Shown here: positions 48,301-57,367 of the stretch, one piece after another
Layout of the letters: every line of letters starts with the position of its first letter
Numbering within the stretch: position 1 is the first letter of the stretch
Source of the DNA: Ramazzottius varieornatus
Taxonomy: Eukaryota; Animalia; Tardigrada
Direction of reading: 5' to 3'
Length of the DNA: 64,000 nt
Assembly (NCBI GenBank): GCA_001949185.1
Contig: BDGG01000001.1
Coordinates: 6,671,591-6,735,590, forward strand
The notes under the pieces: generated by a model
What the model saw: the letters and a program-made list of their open reading frames with translations, nothing else
Database searches by the model: none
Told to the model about the DNA's origin: nothing
Translations under genes and position numbers: made by a program

Positions 48301-50882
48301 AGGCCAACCTCTGCCAGTGGAGCTTCTCGACAGCTACGACGGCCACAAGATTCGCTTCACTCCAACGGAAGCCGGTAAACATAAGCTGCATGTCTATTTT
48401 GGCGGTGACGAGATCCCTGGCAGCCCCTTCACGTTTATGGTGGAAGAGCCAGGCATCCCGACGGCGTCAGGCGACGGCCTGATCTGGGCCATGGCTGACG
48501 AACCAGCCAGCTTCCGGGTCGACGCCACCGGGCTTCGTGGCAAATTGGACGTCACTGTCCACGGACCTTCACGGGCCGCCAAGACCACCATCTCACAAGA
48601 GAAGAGCCAAGGCGTGTATAAAGTGACGTACTTACCACCGGAAGTGGGCGTCTACGATATCAAGATTGTGTGGAACGGAAAGGAAATACCAGGTGAGAAA
48701 AACTGTAGGAAACCGGCAAGACCAGCTCGTCGATCAATCAGCCGATACATACGCACGGTATGACACTGTTCAAAACTTGGGCGATCTGACGGAATTGTGT
48801 GAATTTTTTTCAGGAAGTCCTTTCCATCCGAAAGTGTTCGATCCAACCAAAGTCCGCGTGGTCGGTGGTTGGCCGGCTCATTTAGACGAGAAAGACCGTA
48901 TCCGAATGCGAGTGGGTGAAGAGAAGAAATTAGTCTTCGATGTCAGTGAAGCTGGACCTGGCAAGCTTTCCGCAGAGATTCGAGGTCCCAGCGGCCTCAT
49001 CCCGGTCAGGTTAGAAAGTGCCGGTAAGGACCGCGTCAAAGTCACCTTCACGGCTGTAGCGGAAGGACACCACGACTGTCACTTCTGGTGGTCCGAACAG
49101 CCCATCCCCCATTCGCCCTTACCTGGCTGGGCCGAACCCGCCGCCATCCCCATCGACGCTTCCAGAGTCAGGTTGAGAGGCAAAGGTCTGACGGAAGCGA
49201 AAGTCAAGGAAGAAGCCGAGTTCATCATCGATGGCTCTGACGGTAATTCAACCCCTAGGATAAATCTGCGGCTCGGCAAACAAACCTAACAAGATTATTT
49301 TCCCAAATGACGCACATTTCCGATGTTGTTAGCAGAAACTGGGAAAAAAACATCGTATCGAGTTTGACAGTTTCCTCAAGTGGCGCATGTGGCAAGTATT
49401 ATGAACTGACGAAATGCGCCATTCGGAAAAATCATCTTGTCCAGTCTGGTTGTTTCCCAAGTGACGCACATTTCCAGTGCTGTTGGCTGTAAGCGCGCGC
49501 CACGTGGGACAGCGATCTTGTCGAGTTCGTGTGCCTAGGTCTTAGTCCATCTCGATGATCGGAATATACACCTGTGGTTGATCTTTCCAGCTGGGCCGGG
49601 TGAGCCGGAAGTACTGATAAGTGGTATCAAGGCGGATATCCCGGTGACACTGGAACACTTAGGCAACAACGTCTACAAAGCAACGTACGTCGCGCAACAC
49701 AGCGGAGCGTACCTCCTCACCGTAAAATGGTCCGGTGATGTGGTGAAAGGCTGTCCGTACAAGCTCAACGTGGCTGCCGCCACGGATTCAACCAAGGTGG
49801 TGGTTAATACGGAGAACCTAAGGTCCGCTGAAATCGACAAACCTGTCAAGGCGTTCATCGACACACGACGCGCCGGACCTGGTAAGAACACTGCGAAGCC
49901 TTGACAGTATCTTTTGGGACGGAGTGTTAGATCGGGTTAACTTTTCCAGGTGAACTGTCCGTGCACTGTCAAGGTCCGACGAAACAGGCTTTTTGCGAAC
50001 TTTACGACCACCATGATGGTACTTACACGCTACACATCCGGCCAGCAGAAGCCGGTCGGCACTTGCTAACTATCAAGTACAACGGCCAACACGTACCAGG
50101 TATGTTCCACTTCCACACAATCCGGGTAGATAATATAGAGGGCGGCTAGGACGGTTCATTGCTTTTGCAGGAAGTCCATTCGCCATGAAGATCGCGGGAA
50201 CGCCTGACGCCAGTAAGGTCCGCGTGTATGGTCCCGGTGTCAATCACGGCGTGTTAGCCACATACCAAAGTCGTTTCATGTGCGAGACGAAAGGCGCGGG
50301 AGCTGGTCAGTTGACCGTACGTGTCCGTGGACCAAAAGGTAGGTATGGAGATAATCTGGGGCGTCAGCTGACGACTCAAACATGTTTTTTCCAAGTGGCG
50401 CCGCTTATCAGCTAAGAACAATGGTAACGTGCGCCACTTGCCGCGGTCTTTCAAGTGACGCACACTTTTGGCCAATAACAATGGAACCGTGCGCCACATG
50501 AGACAACGATGGTATTGAATTTAGTTACATTCATTTAATCGATGTCTTGGCTATAGGTGCCTTCCGTGTGGAGATGCAGCGAGAGAGTCAAAAGGATCGC
50601 ACCATCTTGTGCAAGTACGATCCAACAGAGCCCGGTGATTACCGCATCGAGGTAAAATGGTCCGGTGAGCATGTGCCCGGTTCGCCCTTCAACATATGGA
50701 TCTTCGATACAGAAGAAGAGCTCAATCGCTACCTGCGCACTGGTGAAGTACCCCGAGCGGCGAGTCCACTGGGTTTCGCGCCCCTATCCGAGTATACGTA
50801 CGGTAACGGTGCCTTCTCGACACCGCCACCCCTGCCTGCGACGTCTTACTCGCAGTGGAGAAGAGGATCTGCGGACATATAA
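30385..50882 (+). CDS. jbug: Filamin of the jitterbug/FLN-2 type: 3 calponin-homology domains and about 28 filamin Ig repeats, more than 30 exons
   Basis: CH1 WVQIQQKTFTNWVNEQL...KLVNIG/NQDIVEGNLKLILGLIWTLILKYQI; CH2 PPKKLMLAWL...DELSGMTYLSYF; CH3 GYKATLRWV...FTTDWNDGRVVGALV; repeated GSPF-ended Ig domains; C-terminal GAFRVEMQRESQKDRTILCKYDPTEPGDY recalled as typical of jitterbug. Confidence 0.93.
34952..35062. repeat. Intronic palindromic element
   Basis: gacaagatcgttttcctaagtggcgcg-agtgctcagctaataacactgcgaac-gtgcgccacttgggaaacagtcttg. Confidence 0.85.
39190..39332. repeat. Two tandem ~80-bp imperfect hairpin units in a filamin intron
   Basis: gcgagtttgttggagtaccatgctaat...aactcgcgc and gcgcgagttcattggggtaccacgctgat...atgaaatcgcgc. 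Confidence 0.5.
40551..40640. repeat. Intronic palindromic element
   Basis: cccaagtggcgcacg...cgtgcgtcacttggg. Confidence 0.85.
42741..43266 (+). CDS. Putative alternative first coding exon of the filamin gene (short isoform lacking the actin-binding domain)
   Basis: ATG in strong context (ttcgccATGg); 175 open codons ending GAIIWCEVDTHGQNVGPVSVRVR at a phase-1 donor c|gtaagg, compatible with the phase-1 acceptor near 44200. Confidence 0.75.
43459..43507. repeat. 10-bp minisatellite (aattatcgaa / aatcatctaa), about 5 units
   Basis: aattatcgaaaatgatctaaaatcatctaaaattatcgaaaattatcga. Confidence 0.7.
44775..44843. repeat. Intronic palindromic element (core)
   Basis: ttatcttaagtggcgcac-gcttccagctagtaacaatgaaaag-gtgcagcacttgggataa. 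Confidence 0.8.
45431..45545. repeat. Intronic palindromic element
   Basis: gcaatcagactggacaagatgg..gaatggcgcac...gtacgccacttggaaagacaatcttgtcgattttgattgc. Confidence 0.85.
48105..48175. repeat. Intronic palindromic element, partial (left arm and loop)
   Basis: agtggcgcatgcttctagccagtaacaactgaaagtg. Confidence 0.6.
49269..49541. repeat. Intronic palindromic element, triple-core array
   Basis: Outer arms gctcggcaaacaaacctaacaagatt...cgatcttgtcgagttcgtgtgcc enclose three cores starting aaatgacgcac, aagtggcgca and aagtgacgcac. Confidence 0.85.
50380..50512. repeat. Intronic palindromic element, double-core array
   Basis: ccaagtggcgc..cagctaagaacaatggtaacgtgcgccacttg, then tcaagtgacgcac..gccaataacaatggaaccgtgcgccacatg. 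Confidence 0.85.
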
Positions 50883-51415
50883 CATTTGGGTTTGGTGTCC
50901 TGCTTTAGAGAGTTATTCAGCTTATTGCCCTGAATCAAAAGTCTTCCTACCAATCGACTTACTTATCTATCACCTCTGTTGGTTTTTGCCTAGATTTGAA
51001 AAGTTTATTATCTCTAGATATCAGTCTAGAAAATGTCTACGAGTACTGTACAAAATTAAAGACGCTACGTTTTGCTTCGGTGTGAGACACAAAGCGTAGT
51101 GAATCGCGAAACTTCCCGGAATTCAGGGCTCGCATTGCCAGAAGGGTAATGAAAACCTCAACCAGGATTTTCTTGGCTTGGGCGCTCTGACAGTACTGGT
51201 AAGTTTTGTCAGGTGATCATTGTTTTCTGTCATTTATGCAAGAGAATTATGCCAGGATTAAGGTGGTCGCTTGGCACGGGGCTCCGGATGCGGTTCGATT
51301 ATGCACTTCCACTACTGTATAAAAAGGCAATGTCAGGACCTTTCGTCCTCACTGCATTTTCGAACTTTTTCTGATTTAGTTTCTTCCTTTGGGTGCCCTT
51401 TAGAGCCAAAGTAGC

Positions 51416-52282
51416 ATGGCTCGCTACCTGAGGATCGCTTTGTTTGCGGCATGCGTGGCTTTGATGTTGACAACCAGTATGGGTGCACCTCAACCTAATG
51501 GTCGTTTCCGACCAATTTCCATTTCTAGTCTACGAACCACCACCTCAACCACTCCGCGCACCACCTCAACCACTCGACGACGTGAGTAGCTGTTCCGCAG
51601 ATAGAATAATTTTGGTGGCGCTTCACAGCGACTGATGAATCTGTTCGTGGGCCGCCGGACGGCACCAGTGACCTGCGGAGCATTTTTCAACGTATATTTT
51701 TAGAAGAAAAAAGACGCATACTGTTCCTACTTAACCGATCAATGTCTTCGTAGATTCAGGACATCCATACCCAGATCCATATCCATTCCCAGCTCCAGCA
51801 TATTTATATCTGCAAAGAGGAGACGCGCAGCGTATGCAGGTGGGCGGGCCGAAAGATATCGGACATTCTCCACTGACCACGAAGCGTACGACCACGAGTA
51901 CGACCAGGCGAGGCCCAGGAGGTAAATATACTGTATTCCCTCGAAAGTTCTGCCCAGTCACATGACAGGCCCATAAAATAATCCCGGGGACCTTCTGACT
52001 GGACCACAATCACCCGAGGCCTAATTTTTGGGCCTGTCATGTGACTGCGCAGAACTTTCGAGGGAATATAGTATATGACTGAATGTCGTGCTACTCTGGA
52101 GTTTGGGTTCTGAAGCTGAGTTTTTCATGTTAGGAAATGGGGCTGTCCAGCCTTTCAACGGCGCTAATGTCAAGGATATTCCTATGTCATCAACGGAAAT
52201 TCTTTCTAGTTATCGAGCGATGCGCATAGCTATTCGTACTCGCGTACGCCCGATGCGTCACCCTCAGCCTTCGCTCAATTAA
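51416..52282 (+). CDS. Small secreted Thr/Arg/Pro-rich protein (~160 aa), 3 exons (51416-51581, 51754-51921, 52134-52282)
   Basis: TATA box at about 51318; signal peptide MARYLRIALFAACVALMLTTSMG; donors gtgagt and gtaaat, both phase 1, with compatible acceptors; open through to PQPSLN-stop. Confidence 0.75.
51929..52073. mobile_element. ~145-bp hairpin MITE (TA-CTGTATTCCC termini) in an intron
   Basis: tactgtattccctcgaaagttctgcccagtcacatgacaggccca is mirrored by tgggcctgtcatgtgactgcgcagaactttcgagggaatatagta. Confidence 0.9.
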
Positions 52283-52287
52283 GTTAG

Positions 52288-52412
52288 TACCGTCATGCTT
52301 CTTGAACTTCGCGAAATAACGTCACAAAGCGCGTAGAGTTTACGGGTATGATAATGCATACAGCACACACTTGTCATGACGTAATTCGCGAAGTTCAAGA
52401 AGCATTACAGTA
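52288..52412. mobile_element. ~125-bp hairpin MITE, same family as 22179-22304
   Basis: taccgtcatgcttcttgaacttcgcgaa...ttcgcgaagttcaagaagcattacagta. Confidence 0.8.
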
Positions 52413-52745
52413 AATAAGCAATACGGTATTCTTCCAGAGGATGAAAAACCTTTCAATAATTCTTCTGTGAGACGTACAACAAAAACGCTGAGAACCGACT
52501 GCTTTATGTGAACCCCAAATAGGGTATTGTAAGGTTTGGTGCCAGAACCATGTGCATGCAAGAGATTTCCGTGCTGACCCATCTGAGTTTTCGCTCTCGT
52601 CACCTACTGTACAGCCATTCGTCATATGGCTGATGACGTATAAAATACAGCTCTAAAGCTTGCAGAACGACTTGTTCAGTTGTTCTACGTATACTGTCAG
52701 TTCCGCATTCGGAACTGCGTTATCCTCCTTTACTAACTGCTTGAG

Positions 52746-52886
52746 ATGTCACTTCCCAGGATCACCATCCTACTCATCCGAGCTTTCCTGCTGCTGACCA
52801 TCGCGACTTCTGGACTAGTCGATGCTGACTGCGACCAGGACTGTCGTTCTCTAGCCAGACGAGAGGACAATCATATCGACCTCTGA
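52746..52886 (+). CDS. Small secreted peptide ORF (46 aa; the frame stays open to 53003 after the TGA)
   Basis: TATAAAA at about 52639; MSLPRITILLIRAFLLLTIATSGLVDA signal peptide followed by DCDQDCRSLARREDNHIDL-stop. Confidence 0.5.
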   Translation: MSLPRITILLIRAFLLLTIATSGLVDADCDQDCRSLARREDNHIDL

Positions 52887-53409
52887 AGACTTCGACTTCC
52901 GTTCTGTGAGAGCGGGAGCATTGGCGGTGTCGAGGTCGTCGCGACAGATGCAGGTCCCCTGGTACACGACCTGCTATCGAGCAGGAGAAAGTATCGGCAT
53001 TGAATGGATAGCTGGATGCTATATTTCACACGGTCCCAGCATTCGTTGTTGTAGTTGTTACAGTGTCTTGAACCATTTTTATATCAGTTTTTTTCAGTCT
53101 AACCATAGGTGGCAGCTTTTTGCCTTGGTTCACAGTTTTCCTTGTGATTGAGGTAACGTCCACTGTACAGTGTATTTTAACAGGTTTATCGGATTGTGAC
53201 GTACCCGAGATCGAATCCAACGACCCACACAAAAAATACAATCACATCAAGAACCCTCAAAGTCACGATTCGGATAATCAGTCGAGGAGAACGATCGAAA
53301 GCGGACTTCTTCACAGAGGCCAGCAAAACGCCAACCCTATCAAGTACTCCGGCTAGGAAACAAACACTAATCACGTGCATAAACAACAGGATTCGTCGCT
53401 TGTCAATGA

Positions 53410-54054
53410 TCAGGAGGTGGTGTGCCGTCTTTGTCGAGAATCCAAAGTGTTTGATCGAGCCCGATGCATCCCCGAAATATTCTCGTCGATGTCCATCTCG
53501 TGTAACGCAATGGCCATGTTCCCCAAAGGACACGTAACGTCTTCCGTGCTGACAGCTTTGCTGTCCGGAAGCTCATATAAACTTAGATCGGTAATACTGA
53601 AAAATTCATCGAGTGACTCTGTGGAATCCTTGTCGTGGTCCTGCAGTTGGCTAAAGTTCGGTAGCAGGTCATCAAAGCTGTCCGTCGTTGGCGCTTCGCG
53701 GTACGCGTCGATCTCCATATCTTCAAACCTTTCTGGCTCATTCGAGCCTTGGTTTGGCTGAGTTCCCGGATACATATGCGTAGTGGTTTCTTCGTTATGG
53801 AACAGACGCAAAGATGATGAAAGGGAGGCTCGAGGTGCGAGAAGTTCTTGAGGTAAATGTTGATAGTTGACCACTAATCTTTGACTCAAACTCATAGCGC
53901 CATTCCGAGCAGGCCAGTTCGTGGATCTTGTCCACCATCCAGGAGGGTTGCCGTTAACAATATTAATATCGATATCCGCCATACCGCATTTCTCGATTGT
54001 GTCACTCTGTATGTCGTCGTCATTGTCCATCACCCGAATTGCCTCCGTTTTCAT
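53410..54054 (-). CDS. Uncharacterised acidic ORF (214 aa), possibly part of a decayed gene or element
   Basis: Long open frame with protein-like acidic composition; no motif recognised; flanking frames contain stops. Confidence 0.35.
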   Translation of the reverse strand: MKTEAIRVMDNDDDIQSDTIEKCGMADIDINIVNGNPPGWWTRSTNWPARNGAMSLSQRLVVNYQHLPQELLAPRASLSSSLRLFHNEETTTHMYPGTQPNQGSNEPERFEDMEIDAYREAPTTDSFDDLLPNFSQLQDHDKDSTESLDEFFSITDLSLYELPDSKAVSTEDVTCPLGNMAIALHEMDIDENISGMHRARSNTLDSRQRRHTTS

Positions 54055-54950
54055 CCACGGTTACAATCAGGCGGATGACTTAGGCTGAGCTAACTTCAGC
54101 TTGTACAAAAATTATTCAAGGAGTACAACGATATTGAATAGGTTATACCGAATAGCGTATCGAAGAAAATACTCCAGCAGCAAGTCAGAATTTTTCGTCA
54201 AAGTTTAGGCTGTGTTTCTCATGGTTGGTAGTTAGCAGGACATCGTCCAGCGCCCATCATCTTGTTCCACATTGCCTGTTACCATTGGCTACCCGTTCGC
54301 ATTTCGGAGCTTTCTGTATCTTTACGTTGACTTCGATTTGTCGAATTCCTGTACTTTTGTGGTACGGCGTACGGTATTTTCGAAGAAGCGAACGGGAAGG
54401 TCCACGTCCTTTATCTGCATGGGATCTCGGATTTACGGCTGAGCCCCCTGGCGCCACCTGCTGGTAGTGACGAGTGGACCTCCACCGGACGTGGTGGTAG
54501 TGGTTCTTCGTACCGGCATTATGGCAATTCCACAGTGGAACTCAGAAGGTAAACACTGCCCCCAGACTGTAAGTCTTCTCAAGTCCCCCATGACTTATCT
54601 TCGGTTCCAACACCCTTTCTTCTTGCCCTTTTGATATTTGAGATCGTCAGTCGAACCTTCGGGTTCTCACGCTTAGGACCATGTTCGTGGTTTGAATTTG
54701 TTTTCAGGTTGCTCGCCAGCAGGAGAAGATCCCGTGTCCTCCTGGAGGTTACATCACAACTGGCGCTGGATCGTCACCTTGAGACCTTCCATCTCCAGGC
54801 TTTTATGGTAGCAATTCCCGTTGACCCGTCCGAAACTAATAGTTGGTGAGTGAGAAGTATGTGGTTTGCGATCCGGAGTCAGAGTTTTGAATGATGGTTG
54901 TTTAACGGAATTCCAATCAGACCATTTCCACTATACTTCTGAATGGTATG

Positions 54951-55010
54951 TTACGTCATACTAACTCTCGGAACTGGATATTCACTGCGTGCTGTACTAT
55001 GTGACGTCAT
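54951..55010. promoter_or_regulatory. Paired CRE/ATF-like sites upstream of HAPSTR1
   Basis: ttacgtca at about 54951 and tgacgtca at about 55002. Similar sites precede RPL18A (about 56994), lie between TSR3 and the chromodomain gene (about 60493), and between pirin and CAP-H (about 7902). Confidence 0.4.
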
Positions 55011-55173
55011 GGGCTTGTTGAACGAGGAAATTAATCGCGTTATCTTGATGTTTGATTGTTTGTCTGGTTCTTCAGTTTACTACATTAGTTGGCTTGTCAA
55101 ATGTCGGGTCGTCTGAGCCAGACAGGAGTAAAGCTTTTTCCATTGCACTTTGAATTTTGCAGTTCGGTTTAAA

Positions 55174-56372
55174 ATGGCTGACAAGAAAGGAAGAATACCC
55201 CGGTCCAGGTTAGAAGAGCCTGACGATAGTTTGGAGGACTTCGAGTTGGATCTCCTGTACGGAGACAACACGGTGGAAGAATCTCGATCTACACGACGTC
55301 ATTCCTCCCCTGAAGTGCACCCTACATCGTCTTCGCGTTCCTCCGATAACTTTCCTGAGTTTAATGCCCGAACATGGGCTTTGTTCCAGGACGCAGCTGC
55401 CAGCACGTCGCGACTTTACCAAAGTGGGCCAACGTATTCCTTGACAGAATGAGCAGGAAGGGAATCGATCAGCTGATCGACCCTCCTCTGTTACATAACT
55501 TTTTTCCAGCTTGTTTTGACGATCTCAGATCGATCATAAATTTCATACATTTCATACAATATTTTTTTTTCTTTATAGCTCGGGCTTCAGGACGAGATGC
55601 TCTTTGGTACGATTTCGGGAATGCGGCCAGCAGCATTTCGCTCTTATACAAAGGTATAAAGTTACGACTTCAGAAACAGGTCATGTTATTTATATGACTT
55701 AACAGAGCTGTTGTTATCTTGTCATGTCATGCGCGACTTCACTGAAACATGGTGATTTTAACGGCTGTGGTTCATACGGTTCTTTCGTTGCAGAAAGCTC
55801 GGAACAGCAGCAACGAGCATACGACCTTGGCTATCGCGAAGGAGTGGACAAGGCTTACAGTGAGCTGATGGAATGGTTAGTTCAGGATCCGATGTACCAT
55901 CCCCGTAAGAACATCCGAGCAGAAGACTTGGTCGCCTTCATCTACTCTCCCAAAAATCGAGCTGTTTTCAACGCCAAACTACGAAACACAAAGCCCACAT
56001 CAGAACGACAACCTAGTTCGCCGAAAGCCGACTACCAAGTACGGGATTTCCAGACGTTTCGGGATGCCTTGCACGTTTCCAGTGAGTTGTGAAACAAGGA
56101 AACATTATAGAATTTGGTTGATTGTTGATTGCGTAGGTCTAGATGCTTCCATGTCGCGAGTCAGCGTCAACCGCTCGCCTTCCCGATCCACCGGTCACAG
56201 TGGGTCGCCTCCACGAAGTCGACCTTCTCCTGTCGATCTACACACGTTCGTGACGGAAGAATTTCGCCGACATAAGCGGAGTAACTCGTCGGCCTTCTCC
56301 TATGAGATGGACCAGGATGAATCGTACCATGAACGCTCACCCAAACGCTCCCGCTTCTCGCCTTCCCAATAA
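55174..56372 (+). CDS. HAPSTR1: HAPSTR1 / C16orf72 (UPF0472) homologue, 4 exons
   Basis: Tandem motifs WALFQDAAASTSRLYQ and LWYDFGNAASSISLLYK/ES; RAYDLGY...LMEWL...IRAEDLVAFI; DFQTFRDAL; DLHTFVTEEF..HKR; C-terminal SPKRSR NLS. Confidence 0.88.
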
Positions 56373-57367
56373 AGATGTACAGAAAATTAAATTCTCGCTA
56401 ACTCTTTCTGTTGTGAAATGTAGAAATTTAGTTTTGCTCCTCTTTCGCTCGCCGTGTTTGTCCTGACGGTTCTTATCTGTACAGATAGAATTATTGTCTA
56501 CATAGATAATTACTCGGACAGCGCCTCATGCTCTATTTTTTATGCGTCGAGATTTTTTCTCGCCGAATGTTTTCATGTTATGATTAGCCTTCTCTGGGAT
56601 CAGCAATGCTTCCGTAGATTTTATTGGTGCGTGCACTGCATAGTCGCGGAGGTACTTTCTTGTTGGCATGTTCTGTTCGAAGTTCTCGGTACAGTATTAA
56701 ACTGTAGGTTTCTGCACTGAAACGTGCTTCCTCCAATCCTCATTGGTTCGTCAATCATGTTCATCATATGATTCATATCAGTAAACGTAGTGGCTCTCTC
56801 GTAGGCAAATTCTATGACATCGCAGCGTGACTATGAAGTTCCAAGATGACGAGCCTGTCGCGGTCCAAGTGTGCCGGCCGTGTTCATGGAAGATTGGATT
56901 GGAAGTCGGTAGAACTTGACCCCAGATGGCGCTGCACTGGTAAGAACGGTTGTCTGGAACAGTGGAACGTTTGATTAATTTCCGGTGTTCGAGTGACGTC
57001 ACGCTGTTTCATGGATCATAGATCAAGCGGACAGCCGTCAGTGTTTCCACAAATAAATTTCTTGCCGCTCCGTTCGTCGATACTCGGACGTCGTGCTTTT
57101 GCGCTGTAACGTAGCACGTAAAGTAATCAACCGGCGAAGCGGCTTCACTTCTCTATTTGACGGTCTCCGACTCTCCGTCGTCAATCGGCAATTTTTATCG
57201 AAGTTTTCTGAAGGAACCTCCAGTTCAACAGGGACACAACCCATCTTCCCGGATCACAACAATCGTACTATCCGGTGTTCCATCTTCTGAGTTCGGTTTG
57301 CTGTGCTGCATAGGTTGATCCTTCATAATCAGCGGACTGTGCTCGGAACTCACCATCCCTGTTTACC

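Noticed and set aside
49269-50512. Repeat-spacer-like pattern suggestive of a CRISPR array
   Set aside because: The context is eukaryotic introns, the repeats are inverted pairs, the loops are homologous to each other rather than unique spacers, and no cas genes are present.
53186-54849. Possible retroelement remnant around the 214-aa ORF
   Set aside because: No RT, integrase, gag zinc knuckle or LTR pair was detected.
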